From contig OZ219926.1 in NCBI GenBank assembly GCA_964291405.2, forward strand, positions 3,968,001 through 4,032,000: DNA of 64,000 bases. The letters are read 5' to 3'. A program made the translations under genes and the position numbers. Shown here piece by piece: positions 40,996 through 50,304 of the stretch (its first letter is position 1; every line of letters starts with the position of its first letter). Source of the stretch: Thermodesulfobacteriota bacterium (GTDB taxonomy: Bacteria > Desulfobacterota > Binatia > Bin18). The notes under the pieces were generated by a model that worked only from the letters and a program-made list of their open reading frames with translations, had not been told where the DNA came from and did no database searches.

Positions 40996-42603
40996 ATGCC
41001 AAGACAACCCACCACCGATATGCAACTTCTACCCCGAGGGCGCTGGAACCGAAAAAAACTCCTTGAGGCGCTGGCAGAGACGTTCTCCATCCACAAAGAG
41101 CCGCTCACAACCGAGCGGCGTGTATACTACGACACGGCTGACTGGCAACTCAGCCTGTACCGTCTGGCCCTATGTGCGAACGCGAAGACGCTTGCCCTCC
41201 GGTCGCATGATGCGGTCTTCCCGCTTGAAGAGCTGCCGTGTCCCAGTCTTCCCACTGCGACGACGGATTTGCCGCACAGCCGTTTGCGAGAGCGCCTGGT
41301 GGCGTTGATTGACGACCTTCCGCTCACCTCGTTCTTCAGCCTGCACACACATATCATCCCGATACGGATACTTGACCATCGCCAGAAGACAACGGTGCGT
41401 CTGATTATTGAAGAGCATGCTCTCGCCAAGAAAAATCAACCGCATTCTCTCCGGCCGCGTATCTGGGTCCATCCGCTCAGAGGCTATCAGAAAGAGGCGC
41501 AACGATTAGTCCTGTGGTGCAAGGAGCAGGACCTCATACCGGCGACCGGGAGTGTCAACCAGGAGGTATTGGCGATAGCCGGCCGCTCTCCGGGTAAATA
41601 TTCGGTCAAACGCCCGCTACCGATACAGCCAGAGGTCCCGGTTGAGCGGGCAGTTCGCCGCCTCTTGGGCCTACTCCTGGCCATGGTGCGCTACAACGAG
41701 TGGGGCCTACGTCAGGGGGATGATCCACTCTATTTGCACGACTTTCGGGTTGCCGTCAGACGGGCGCGCTCTCTGCTCGGACAGACTCGTAAAGTTTTTC
41801 CTCCCAAAGTAACCCAGCGGTTTCGAAAAGATCTGGCGCAGCTTGGCCGGTCAACCGGGAGCGCGCGGGATTTGGATGCTTTTCTCCTGGTGCAGGATGC
41901 GTACCGTCAGCGGCTTCCGGCCGACAGCCGGTCCGCCCTTCAGCCTTTCTCCGCTTTTCTCCAGCAGGAACGGCGGGAACACTACCGAACTTTGGTGAAG
42001 ACCTTTGAAACCAAGCGCTATCGGGCCGTGATCCGAGAGTGGGAGGCGTTTGTGAACCAGCCTGAGGACGACAACTCCCATACTCCAGCCGTCAAAGAAT
42101 TCGTCCTCGAACGGGTGGTCGAGAAATGCCGATCCCTCGCCTCAACGGAGCCCCACAGCCTACAACACGCCGGCAGCGAGCAGCTCCACAGGCTGAGAAT
42201 CGAATGTAAAAAACTCCGCTATCTGCTGGATTTTTTTATTACCGCCTTGTCCGGACTTCCTGTCCGAGACGTGCTCAAGCAGCTCAAGCGTGTCCAGCGG
42301 ACCTTAGGCCGGATACAGGATATCAGCGTCCAGAATGTCCTGATCCAAGAGTTCAGTACGACCGGCGGAGGTTTTGCATTTCACGAAAACGGCACGCACT
42401 CTGCTCTGGGAGTCCTGCTTACTTCGCTGACTTCAGAGCGGCAGGCGTTGCAGCAGCAGGTTGTGAAGGAGTTTCGGGCGTTGATCGCGGTGATTGCTCC
42501 GATGATTCCGCCCTTGAGTGGCCCTGACCGTGTCGAGATTGTCGGGCCGCAGGATCAGCAGGATCAGCAAGAGCGGGCGGAAAGCCTGGCTGAGCCTGAT
42601 TGA
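40996..42603 (+). CDS. CHAD domain protein
   Basis: LHDFRVAVRRARS, RDLD, LHRLRIECKKLRY, LGRIQD. Confidence 0.88.
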   Translation: MPRQPTTDMQLLPRGRWNRKKLLEALAETFSIHKEPLTTERRVYYDTADWQLSLYRLALCANAKTLALRSHDAVFPLEELPCPSLPTATTDLPHSRLRERLVALIDDLPLTSFFSLHTHIIPIRILDHRQKTTVRLIIEEHALAKKNQPHSLRPRIWVHPLRGYQKEAQRLVLWCKEQDLIPATGSVNQEVLAIAGRSPGKYSVKRPLPIQPEVPVERAVRRLLGLLLAMVRYNEWGLRQGDDPLYLHDFRVAVRRARSLLGQTRKVFPPKVTQRFRKDLAQLGRSTGSARDLDAFLLVQDAYRQRLPADSRSALQPFSAFLQQERREHYRTLVKTFETKRYRAVIREWEAFVNQPEDDNSHTPAVKEFVLERVVEKCRSLASTEPHSLQHAGSEQLHRLRIECKKLRYLLDFFITALSGLPVRDVLKQLKRVQRTLGRIQDISVQNVLIQEFSTTGGGFAFHENGTHSALGVLLTSLTSERQALQQQVVKEFRALIAVIAPMIPPLSGPDRVEIVGPQDQQDQQERAESLAEPD

Positions 42604-43339
42604 GCAACGTTTCCACTGCTGTCCACAACTGTTCATACGCCTGGGATGCCCGAGAGTGCGGAAGCGAGACGAGGACCGGTTCCCGGTGGATGCCCATGTT
42701 TTCGACATCGACGAGATATGGGATAGCCTGTGGAAGGGCTTCCGGGTGAGAAGCGGTCAGCTCCTGCATGACGGACCGATGCAGCTTTTTTTGCCGTTCC
42801 ACCATGGAGAAAAACGTGCGGAGTTTATCGGGGTTGTAGCCGTGTTTGGTGTAAAACGTCCGGAGCTGCTGATACGCATGGACCGACAGCGGTGAGGGGA
42901 CAATGGGAATCAGGATGTAATCGGCGGCATAGAAAACGTTTTGCGCAATCAGGCTTACCCCGGACGGACAGTCGAGGATCACATACTGGTATTCGTCCCG
43001 GAGCGCAGCCAAGCTGCGGTGCAGGTAGCGCGCCGGATGTTTGGCTTGCTGAAACACCGCTGTCAGGTGGCGGTGAGACAATGCGCCGGGGAGCAGGTCC
43101 AGGCGCGTAAAATCGGTCGCCTTGATGCTTTTTTCAAGCTGCTTCCCGCCAGGCGCAAAAACCTTCTTCTTGGCTTTGAGCTTAGGTCGGATACGAAAGT
43201 AATAGGTGGCCGAAGCCTGAGGATCGAGGTCGCAGAGCAAGGTCCGGGCTCCGGACTGTGCGGCCAGATAGGAAAGGTTGACCGCCGCGGCCGTTTTTCC
43301 CACTCCTCCTTTCATATGGTAGAGCGCCAACACCTGCAT
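42419..43339 (-). CDS. ParA/Soj family ATPase
   Basis: KGGVGKT, DLDPQAS, ILDCP; start at ATG 43339; 3' end overlaps the CHAD gene. Confidence 0.88.
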   Translation of the reverse strand: MQVLALYHMKGGVGKTAAAVNLSYLAAQSGARTLLCDLDPQASATYYFRIRPKLKAKKKVFAPGGKQLEKSIKATDFTRLDLLPGALSHRHLTAVFQQAKHPARYLHRSLAALRDEYQYVILDCPSGVSLIAQNVFYAADYILIPIVPSPLSVHAYQQLRTFYTKHGYNPDKLRTFFSMVERQKKLHRSVMQELTASHPEALPQAIPYLVDVENMGIHREPVLVSLPHSRASQAYEQLWTAVETLLNQAQPGFPPALADPADPAARQSRHGQGHSRAESSEQSPRSTPETPSQPAAATPAALKSAK

Positions 43340-43452
43340 TTCACTCAAACCCCGGCCGAATCCTTTCCCTGCGGTACATAAAGCGGGCAATAGTGACAAT
43401 GGTAGTGATGAAGCATAGGGTGTCTACATTATCACGCGAAGGAGGGAAGCCA

Positions 43453-44349
43453 ATGGCAGGCATGAGTATTGACAAACTGAAGCAGATTTTACGTGAAAAA
43501 CAGCTTCCAGCGGATGTTGAGCCGCCGATTGAGGCCATGCGCAAAAGCATGGAAAAGCTGGCCTTCCAGGCCGCGGACGATATTGAGACAGAGGCGGTGA
43601 GCGTGGCGGACCGCGCCGCAGAATGGGTCCGAGCGCCGGGCAGTCAGGCCGAGCGGGCCATCCTCTATCTGCACGGTGGGGGATATGTCGTCGGCTCGAT
43701 CAATACGCACCGGTCGCTGGCCGGAGAAATCTCCCGCTGTGCCCAAGCCGCGGTTTTGCTCGTAGATTATCGTATGGCACCGGAAGACCCCTTTCCGGCT
43801 GCGGTCGACGACGGTGTCGCGTCTCTCAGATGGCTGATTGAGCAAGGGTTCTCGCCAAATAATCTCGCTATTAGCGGGGACTCAGCCGGGGGTGGCTTGA
43901 CCCTGGCGACCTTGGTTGCGGCGCGTGACAATGGCGTCCCCATGCCCGCAGCCGCGGTGGCGATCAGCCCGTGGTCGGATATGACCTGCTCGAACGAGTC
44001 GTACCAGACCAGAGCGGCGGCCGACCCCATGGTGACCGTCCACGGTCTCAAACGCATGGCAGGACTCTATGTTGGAGGTGGCGACCCCACGCATCCGTAT
44101 GCCTCGCCCAATCTGGCTGATCTCAGTGGCTTACCACCGGTGTTGATCCATGTCGGTCGGGATGAAATTCTGCTGGATGACGCCATTATATTCGACGAAA
44201 AGGCAAAATCGGCGGGCGTCGAGTGTAGCCTCGAAATCTGGGACAATATGATCCATGTCTGGCATGCCTTCCATCCCATGCTGGATGAGGGCAAAAGGGG
44301 CATCGAACGGGTAGGGGAGTTCCTGCGCGAAAAATGGGCCGCGGCCTAG
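43453..44349 (+). CDS. Alpha/beta hydrolase (HSL family esterase)
   Basis: HGGG, GDSAG, HVW; GGAGG RBS. Confidence 0.92.
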   Translation: MAGMSIDKLKQILREKQLPADVEPPIEAMRKSMEKLAFQAADDIETEAVSVADRAAEWVRAPGSQAERAILYLHGGGYVVGSINTHRSLAGEISRCAQAAVLLVDYRMAPEDPFPAAVDDGVASLRWLIEQGFSPNNLAISGDSAGGGLTLATLVAARDNGVPMPAAAVAISPWSDMTCSNESYQTRAAADPMVTVHGLKRMAGLYVGGGDPTHPYASPNLADLSGLPPVLIHVGRDEILLDDAIIFDEKAKSAGVECSLEIWDNMIHVWHAFHPMLDEGKRGIERVGEFLREKWAAA

Positions 44350-44385
44350 GAAAGTCGGAATGAGGGGTGGACCTTGCGTCTACCC

Positions 44386-44847
44386 TCACTCCTCCCAATA
44401 CTCTGCGTCCAAAACCTGTTCGACGGTAAACGGACACTGCGCTGGAAACGCCTCCTCGCTGAGCCCGGTCTCATCGACAGCATCCGCCCGGGCCGCGGGA
44501 TAGGCGTTCGCCAACATCTGGGCCGGTTGGCTCGTCAGGCTCGGACTGTCCTGCAGAAGGGCCTGAATCTCAAGGCATCCGTTTCGAATAGATTTGCGCC
44601 AGGAGGGCGTGCGCTTGTCTGACTGATAGCGCCACTTGAGCAAATGCAGAGTCACATTTCTGATGTGGCTTTCCAGGGCCCGACGCTCGCGTTTCCCCAT
44701 GTCTTCCAACTCCTCCGCAACATGTACCGCGTCAATCTCAGCCAACCGTCCTTGTCGAAGGAGGTCCGCAGTCTGAAAAAGCCAGGCGTGGAAATCTTTG
44801 TCGTACAAGCTGAGATCGGGCAACGGAGTGGATGCTGACGTACTCAT
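44386..44847 (-). CDS. DUF29 family protein
   Basis: LYDKDFHAW, EELEDMGK, HLLKWRYQ, SPSL, CPFT; AGGAG RBS. Confidence 0.9.
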   Translation of the reverse strand: MSTSASTPLPDLSLYDKDFHAWLFQTADLLRQGRLAEIDAVHVAEELEDMGKRERRALESHIRNVTLHLLKWRYQSDKRTPSWRKSIRNGCLEIQALLQDSPSLTSQPAQMLANAYPAARADAVDETGLSEEAFPAQCPFTVEQVLDAEYWEE

Positions 44848-44964
44848 GGGGTCGCTCCTCACTATAAGAAACCCCGCTGAATATACGCCTCTTTTCTCTC
44901 TTTGACCACTGTTTACCGGGCGAACGCCTTCCCCGCCTCCCAGGCTTCTGGTAGGCTCACACAC

Positions 44965-45537
44965 ATGAGCGTGGCCCGTCAGCGAGCGACCTACGAAGAC
45001 CTGCTCCAGGTCCCTGAGCGTTTTATTGCGGAGATCATTGACGGCGAATTGACAACCGCGCCCAGACCGTCTTTCCCCCACGCGCGTGCGGTATCTATTA
45101 TCTCCCGCCAGCTTGATTCCTTTGACCGGAGGACTGGTGGTTCGGACGGTCCCGGAGGATGGTGGATTCTCTTCGAGCCGGAATTGCACCTTGGCGCGGA
45201 CATTCTCGTGCCAGATATCGCCGGGTGGCGCAGAGAGCGTATGCCCGTATTGGAGGACGTACCGTATAGCGAACTGGCTCCCGACTGGGTGTGTGAGGTG
45301 GTGTCGCCCAGCACGGGCCGCAGCGACCGTGTACTCAAAATGCCGATCTATGCCCGAGAGCAGGTGGGCCATTTATGGCTGGTTGACCCTGGGCTGCGGA
45401 CCTTGGAGGTGTACGGCTTGGAAGCGCACCGCTGGGTTGTGCTGAGGACCCACGGCGGGAATGAAACGATCCGGGCCGAACCCTTTGCGGCCATTGAGAT
45501 TGACTTGGATCGCTGGTGGCTGGAGTCAGAAGGATAA
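44965..45537 (+). CDS. Uma2 family endonuclease-fold protein
   Basis: EIIDGEL, VPDIAGW, PDWVCEVVSPST, WLVDP. Confidence 0.92.
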   Translation: MSVARQRATYEDLLQVPERFIAEIIDGELTTAPRPSFPHARAVSIISRQLDSFDRRTGGSDGPGGWWILFEPELHLGADILVPDIAGWRRERMPVLEDVPYSELAPDWVCEVVSPSTGRSDRVLKMPIYAREQVGHLWLVDPGLRTLEVYGLEAHRWVVLRTHGGNETIRAEPFAAIEIDLDRWWLESEG

Positions 45538-45545
45538 GGAAACGC

Positions 45546-46151
45546 ATGAACGACGAACAGATTGCCCAATTCAACGCAAAACAACGCCAGGCGTTTGATA
45601 ATGTGTACGACCGGTTTCTGGTCGAATTACCCCAGGATGTCTGCGCCCGCATGGAACGCATCGTTGCCGCGCCCGATATCCAGGCGGGAGAAAATGTGCT
45701 GGATGTCGGGACAGGGACGGGGGCACTCATGCCCGACATTCGGAAGTATCGGCCCGGCCACATCTACGCCTGCGACCTGTCCGGCAAGATGCTGGAACAG
45801 GTCGCCCAGCGTTACCCCGAAGTCGAACGCCACCAATATGACATCCGGGACCTGGACCTGCCCGACGCCTGTGTCGATGTGGTCTTCATGAACGGCATGT
45901 ATGGCAATATCGCGGACAAGCCTGGAGCGCTACGCAATATTATGCGTATGCTGCGACCAGGAGGGCGGGTCGTGATCAGTCACCCGGAGGGCCGGGAGTT
46001 TGTTGAAGGGCTCGTCCGCTCGGAGCCGTTTCCGATTACGGCGCTACCCTCACAGGACGAAGCGCATACGTTCCTCGGATCGTATGGATTGACGGTGACG
46101 CAATATACGGACGAGGAAAAATTGTTGATCGTTGTTGCGGTCAAGCGATAG
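45546..46151 (+). CDS. Class I SAM-dependent methyltransferase
   Basis: VLDVGTGTG, LRPGGRVVI. Confidence 0.88.
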   Translation: MNDEQIAQFNAKQRQAFDNVYDRFLVELPQDVCARMERIVAAPDIQAGENVLDVGTGTGALMPDIRKYRPGHIYACDLSGKMLEQVAQRYPEVERHQYDIRDLDLPDACVDVVFMNGMYGNIADKPGALRNIMRMLRPGGRVVISHPEGREFVEGLVRSEPFPITALPSQDEAHTFLGSYGLTVTQYTDEEKLLIVVAVKR

Positions 46152-46154
46152 TAG

Positions 46155-46187
46155 GTGGGTCGGATTACACAGCGTAATCCGACCCAC
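46155..46187. repeat. REP-like palindrome (GTCGGATTA family)
   Basis: GTGGGTCGGATTAC-ACAGC-GTAATCCGACCCAC; related copy at 50277-50304. Confidence 0.75.
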
Positions 46188-46206
46188 GGGGCTGAGGGAG
46201 CACCAA

Positions 46207-46419
46207 ATGAGCACCGAATACACCATCGTGATCGAGAAGGACGAAGACGGCTATTACGTGGGGAGTGTTCCCGCCCTTCCGGGCTGTCATACCCAAGGCA
46301 CGTCCATTGACCAGTTGCTCGAACGGATGCAGGAGGCTATCGCCCTCTGGCTTGAGGTTGAGGGTGAAGACGAGTCGAGGCCGCTGGAATTGGTCGGTGT
46401 CCAAAGAATCTCTGTATGA
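46207..46419 (+). CDS. HicB family antitoxin
   Basis: YTIVIEKDEDGYYVGSVPALPGCHTQG...EAIALWL. Confidence 0.9.
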   Translation: MSTEYTIVIEKDEDGYYVGSVPALPGCHTQGTSIDQLLERMQEAIALWLEVEGEDESRPLELVGVQRISV

Positions 46420-46434
46420 CCAGACTCCCGCACT

Positions 46435-46683
46435 ATGTCGGTAAATAATCGCGCTATGTCAAAGATTCAAAAGAGTCCTCAAGGCCGTCGCTGGCATTTC
46501 AGGGCTTGTGCCGCGTCCGATTGTGACGAACGCATCTACCGATTCATGAAGGAACGCTGGGGGAAAAAGTACCACTCTGACGAATGTCAGCAAATGAACG
46601 CGAAACTGCAACGGGAACAACGGAAGCGGGAGAAGTGGGAAAAACAGTCAGAGTTGGAGAAAGCAAAGAAGACTCTGCACTGA
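46435..46683 (+). CDS. Hypothetical protein, possible zinc-finger-like motif
   Basis: CAASDC...KYHSDEC followed by a charged helix. Confidence 0.35.
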   Translation: MSVNNRAMSKIQKSPQGRRWHFRACAASDCDERIYRFMKERWGKKYHSDECQQMNAKLQREQRKREKWEKQSELEKAKKTLH

Positions 46684-46800
46684 TGAGGCGTCCCGACAGT
46701 AGATGGTACGGAGCGTCAGCAAGAAATGCAGGCTTACGCTACGCTAAGCTGACCTACAGAGCTGCTTGCCCATCACCAGGAACGGTCCTATAGTCGCGCC

Positions 46801-46965
46801 ATGAGCATGAAGGCGCGTGCGGCTGCTCAGGCCATGTCAGAAGAAAGTCTGGCGACCAAGGCCGACATTGCGCGCCTTGAACGGGAATTGTCGGTCGTGA
46901 CATGGATGACCGGCGCGATTGTTGCAGGCGTCGTTTCCCTCGTGCTTAAGGCATTCGCCGGTTAA
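46801..46965 (+). pseudogene. DUF1640/CCDC90-like coiled-coil plus TM protein, probably 5'-truncated
   Basis: KARAAAQA...LATKADIARLERELSVVTWMTGAIVAGVVSLVLKAF; below the ORF-track cutoff. Confidence 0.55.
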
Positions 46966-47165
46966 AGCGCGCCATTGAGTGCATAAGCTCTAGTCGTGCA
47001 GGAGGTTCCCGTCATGCCGGGCATGATCCGGCATCCAGAGGGCGGTGGGGCAGGAATACGACACCACTTGCGCTTTACTTTCGCTTTATATTCGCCTATG
47101 AATTGATACCAAACTGAGGCAACCAAGTAGCACGCGCTGTGCGCATAACGTAACATGGTGTCACC

Positions 47166-47927
47166 ATGAGCTATCAATCTTCAATCGAGTGGACAGACGC
47201 CACCTGGAACCCGGTGACAGGCTGCACCAAGATCACACGGGGCTGTGACCACTGTTACGCCGAGCGCTTCTCCGAGCGCTTTCGCGGCGTTCCCGGACAC
47301 CCTTTTGAACACGGGTTCGATTTAACGCTACGGCCTGAGCGCCTGAGCCAACCACTGACGTGGAAACGACCTCGTATGATCTTTGTAAATTCCATGAGTG
47401 ACCTGTTCCACAAGCGGGTTCCCACAACGTTTATCGACCAAGTGTTCGACATAATGGAAGCGGCAGATCGGCATATTTTCCAGATTTTAACGAAGCGTAG
47501 TACGCTTATGAAAAGATATGTCCAGCGCCGCTATCAATCGCGTCCTACCCCACGGCATATTTGGTGTGGAGTGTCTGTTGAAGACCACACGGCAACTGCC
47601 AGGGTCCGGCATCTTCAGCAGGCTCCCGTCTCCACGCGCTTTCTTTCCATCGAGCCATTACTCGGCCCCATAGGAGACCTAGACCTTCAGGGGATCGCCT
47701 GGGTCATCGTCGGCGGAGAAAGCGGTCCGAAGGCCCGGCCCATGCAGCCCGAGTGGGTCATCGGGGTACGGGACCGCTGCGAGCAGGAGGGCGTACTATT
47801 CTTTTTCAAGCAATGGGGAGGTCCGACGCCGAAAGCACGGGGACGTGAGTTAGAGGGAATCGAGTACAACGGGGTGCCCAGGTATTTGGAGGCGGGGGAA
47901 GATGGCAGACTTCAAATGGCATCCTGA
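47166..47927 (+). CDS. DUF5131 (phage Gp37/Gp68) three-Cys radical-SAM-like protein
   Basis: IEWTDATWNPVTGCTKITRGCDHCYAE, NSMSDLFH, LTKR, GGESG, FFKQWGG. Confidence 0.95.
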   Translation: MSYQSSIEWTDATWNPVTGCTKITRGCDHCYAERFSERFRGVPGHPFEHGFDLTLRPERLSQPLTWKRPRMIFVNSMSDLFHKRVPTTFIDQVFDIMEAADRHIFQILTKRSTLMKRYVQRRYQSRPTPRHIWCGVSVEDHTATARVRHLQQAPVSTRFLSIEPLLGPIGDLDLQGIAWVIVGGESGPKARPMQPEWVIGVRDRCEQEGVLFFFKQWGGPTPKARGRELEGIEYNGVPRYLEAGEDGRLQMAS

Positions 47928-49155
47928 TGAACCCCCGCCTTCGATAGAAGAACACAGCAAGGCGAAACTTGATGTCTTACGCAGTTATCTTCGTGCTTAT
48001 TTCGACAGGCTGAGCATCAACCCTTCTCGCGATCAATTCAAGCTCGATCTTATTGATGGCTTCGCAGGCGGAGGGACGTTTCTGGATGGCGACGAGATCG
48101 TGTCCGGCACGCCTTTAATCATGCTTGAGGAATCTGAAGCCGCGATAGAGAGGCTGAGCCAGGATCGTACCAAAACCCTTCATTTCGACTTCAAATATTA
48201 TTTTGTTGATGTAGAAGCTGCTCACACAAACCACCTCCAAAAAGTCTTGGACGAACGCGGCTATCAGGTGGATAACGAAAAGATCGTTGTCCGTAACAGT
48301 CCGTTTGAAGATGTGGTGGACGGGATTATCACCGAAATTCGCCGTCGCCAACCAAGAGCTGGCCGCTCACTTTTTCTGCTGGACCAGTGCGGCTTTTCAC
48401 AGGTGGAAATCAGCCTCATCGCTCGGATTTTCAGTGAGCTACCTGCTGCGGAGATTATTCTGACGTTTGCGGCAGACGCCCTCACCAACTTTCTTGCGGA
48501 GACGCCGGAATTTGTCCGAATGGTCACTCCACTCGAACTGACAGAACAACGAATATCCGACTTGATCCAACTCCGTAATGGTGATGGCGGAAGAGCACTC
48601 GTTCAAAGAGTACTCCGGGGACACATTCGTAACGCAACGAAAGCGACCTATGATACGCCGTTCTTTATTCGGCCCAGACAGTCGCGGCGCGCCCTGTGGT
48701 TTCTTCATCTTTCGAGACACCCCACAGCACGTGATGTGATGATCCAATGTCACTGGAACAATTACAATAAATTCGAGCACTATGGTCCCGGTGGCTTCGA
48801 CATGCTGGGATGGGACGCTTTGAACTCAGAAACACTTCCACTGTTCCATTTTGAAGAACTGGACGCCGAGGCTATGCGCAGGCAACTGCTCAACTCAATG
48901 CCCGACGAGCTTTTCAGTTTGGCGTCTGAAGAGCCTGTCACCATAGATACGATGCGGCATATGTTTGCGAATAGAACCGCCGCTCGCTTCTCAGACCTTG
49001 ATTCCGTCGTCCTCGAACTTTTTCGAGAAAGGGAAATTGATATTCTCCGTCCAGATGGCACGGTACGCTCGCGGATGCTGAGACGGGTCAGTCCCACAGA
49101 CCGGATTGCATTTCCCCAACAGCTATTACTGCCGGGAACTTCACGCCGACGCTAA
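47902..49155 (+). CDS. tcmP: Three-Cys-motif partner protein TcmP (methyltransferase-like)
   Basis: HSKAKLDVLRSYL, IDGFAGGG, FLLDQCG; overlaps the DUF5131 gene. Confidence 0.85.
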   Translation: MADFKWHPDEPPPSIEEHSKAKLDVLRSYLRAYFDRLSINPSRDQFKLDLIDGFAGGGTFLDGDEIVSGTPLIMLEESEAAIERLSQDRTKTLHFDFKYYFVDVEAAHTNHLQKVLDERGYQVDNEKIVVRNSPFEDVVDGIITEIRRRQPRAGRSLFLLDQCGFSQVEISLIARIFSELPAAEIILTFAADALTNFLAETPEFVRMVTPLELTEQRISDLIQLRNGDGGRALVQRVLRGHIRNATKATYDTPFFIRPRQSRRALWFLHLSRHPTARDVMIQCHWNNYNKFEHYGPGGFDMLGWDALNSETLPLFHFEELDAEAMRRQLLNSMPDELFSLASEEPVTIDTMRHMFANRTAARFSDLDSVVLELFREREIDILRPDGTVRSRMLRRVSPTDRIAFPQQLLLPGTSRRR

Positions 49156-49260
49156 CTTTGTTCACGCAGAGGAGAAGAAGAAATGGTAGGGCCAAGGATA
49201 CGCAACGTATCGGCTACAGTAACAGGCGGACCAGCAATGATCTCGGTCCGAGCCACGTAG

Positions 49261-50262
49261 ATGAGTTCCAAGTATTTTTATCACTGCTTCCCGAGACCAC
49301 GCGCTAGAGAGATTTGCAGCGACGCTGTTGATCGAGGATGGGATATCTTGCGGTCAATCAGGCGGTTAGGCTTGATTTTGGCTCCGGAAATTGTCGAGTG
49401 GAGAACACCAGTCAGTATCGGGAGCCCATCGCCTATTCGACTTTTGCAACAGCGTATTTGCTTCACTGAATTGTCTCGGAACGAACTAAGGGCACATTCA
49501 GAAAAATTTGGTCCGTTCGCTATCGAATTTGATACCATGGCATTGAGGCGCGCTGGAGCGCTACCCGTTATCTACATGCCTCAAGCGCTGTCGGAACAGG
49601 ATCATTTGGCATTGATTGGGTCGTTTATTGTCAGCCATCTTGGCCATGTCAGACATACACTGGAACAGCTCAATTCTTTGAATCAGTTCAAAGACCCGAC
49701 CTATATTCAAAGCAATTTTCCAGGGGCCACACGAATGGCGGATGATTGCAAGGTGACACTGAGAAACGGTGATGAATTAAGAGGCACTCTTCAAGAGTTT
49801 GTGGTCCCCTGGAAGGCCATAAAAGATTTTCTAAGCTTTATCGGTTTTGAGAACGCGCCTTTTGATGCAATGATAGGCGTAACTTCCATTGCACAATCGT
49901 TATTCTACCCGACAGACAACGATCATGTTGGTGAGCAACTTGGCTACTATAGGCAACGTGAATGGCGAATAACGGCGGGCTATGCCGTAAATAAAACTCC
50001 CCGTGGCCGCATCCTTAATGCGAACGAGAAACAATCTCTCATTGACCTCGACAGATCCTTCTGGAAACGCAAGTTGACATACAAAGATGAAACATTTTGC
50101 CGAGTGGACAAAGCAGTTGCACTCTCCCAGCCGGGTCCTGCTGATTTATTTGGAATGGCTACTCGACTGATTGTCCCTGTAGAAAAAACCCATGAAGCCC
50201 GCCAACTCTTTACTGACTTATCTACCGAAGTAGTCGGTTGGGACACCGTAAATGGTCAATGA
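49261..50262 (+). CDS. AbiGi/DUF2743-like protein
   Basis: YH near the N-terminus, ICFTE, HSEKFGPFAIEF, PVIY, QREWRI. Confidence 0.7.
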   Translation: MSSKYFYHCFPRPRAREICSDAVDRGWDILRSIRRLGLILAPEIVEWRTPVSIGSPSPIRLLQQRICFTELSRNELRAHSEKFGPFAIEFDTMALRRAGALPVIYMPQALSEQDHLALIGSFIVSHLGHVRHTLEQLNSLNQFKDPTYIQSNFPGATRMADDCKVTLRNGDELRGTLQEFVVPWKAIKDFLSFIGFENAPFDAMIGVTSIAQSLFYPTDNDHVGEQLGYYRQREWRITAGYAVNKTPRGRILNANEKQSLIDLDRSFWKRKLTYKDETFCRVDKAVALSQPGPADLFGMATRLIVPVEKTHEARQLFTDLSTEVVGWDTVNGQ

Positions 50263-50276
50263 AAAAGAGTCCATAG

Positions 50277-50304
50277 GTCGGATTAGCCACAGGCGTAATC
50301 CGAC
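50277..50304. repeat. REP-like palindrome supplying the stop codon of the RM gene
   Basis: GTCGGATTA-N10-TAATCCGAC. Confidence 0.7.

Noticed and set aside
44848-45372. Long N-terminal extension of DUF29
   Set aside because: Antisense to Uma2; the real start with RBS is at 44847
39047-47927. Prophage suggested by PolA, ParA and the Gp37/Gp68-family gene
   Set aside because: No structural, terminase or integrase genes, and metabolic genes are interspersed
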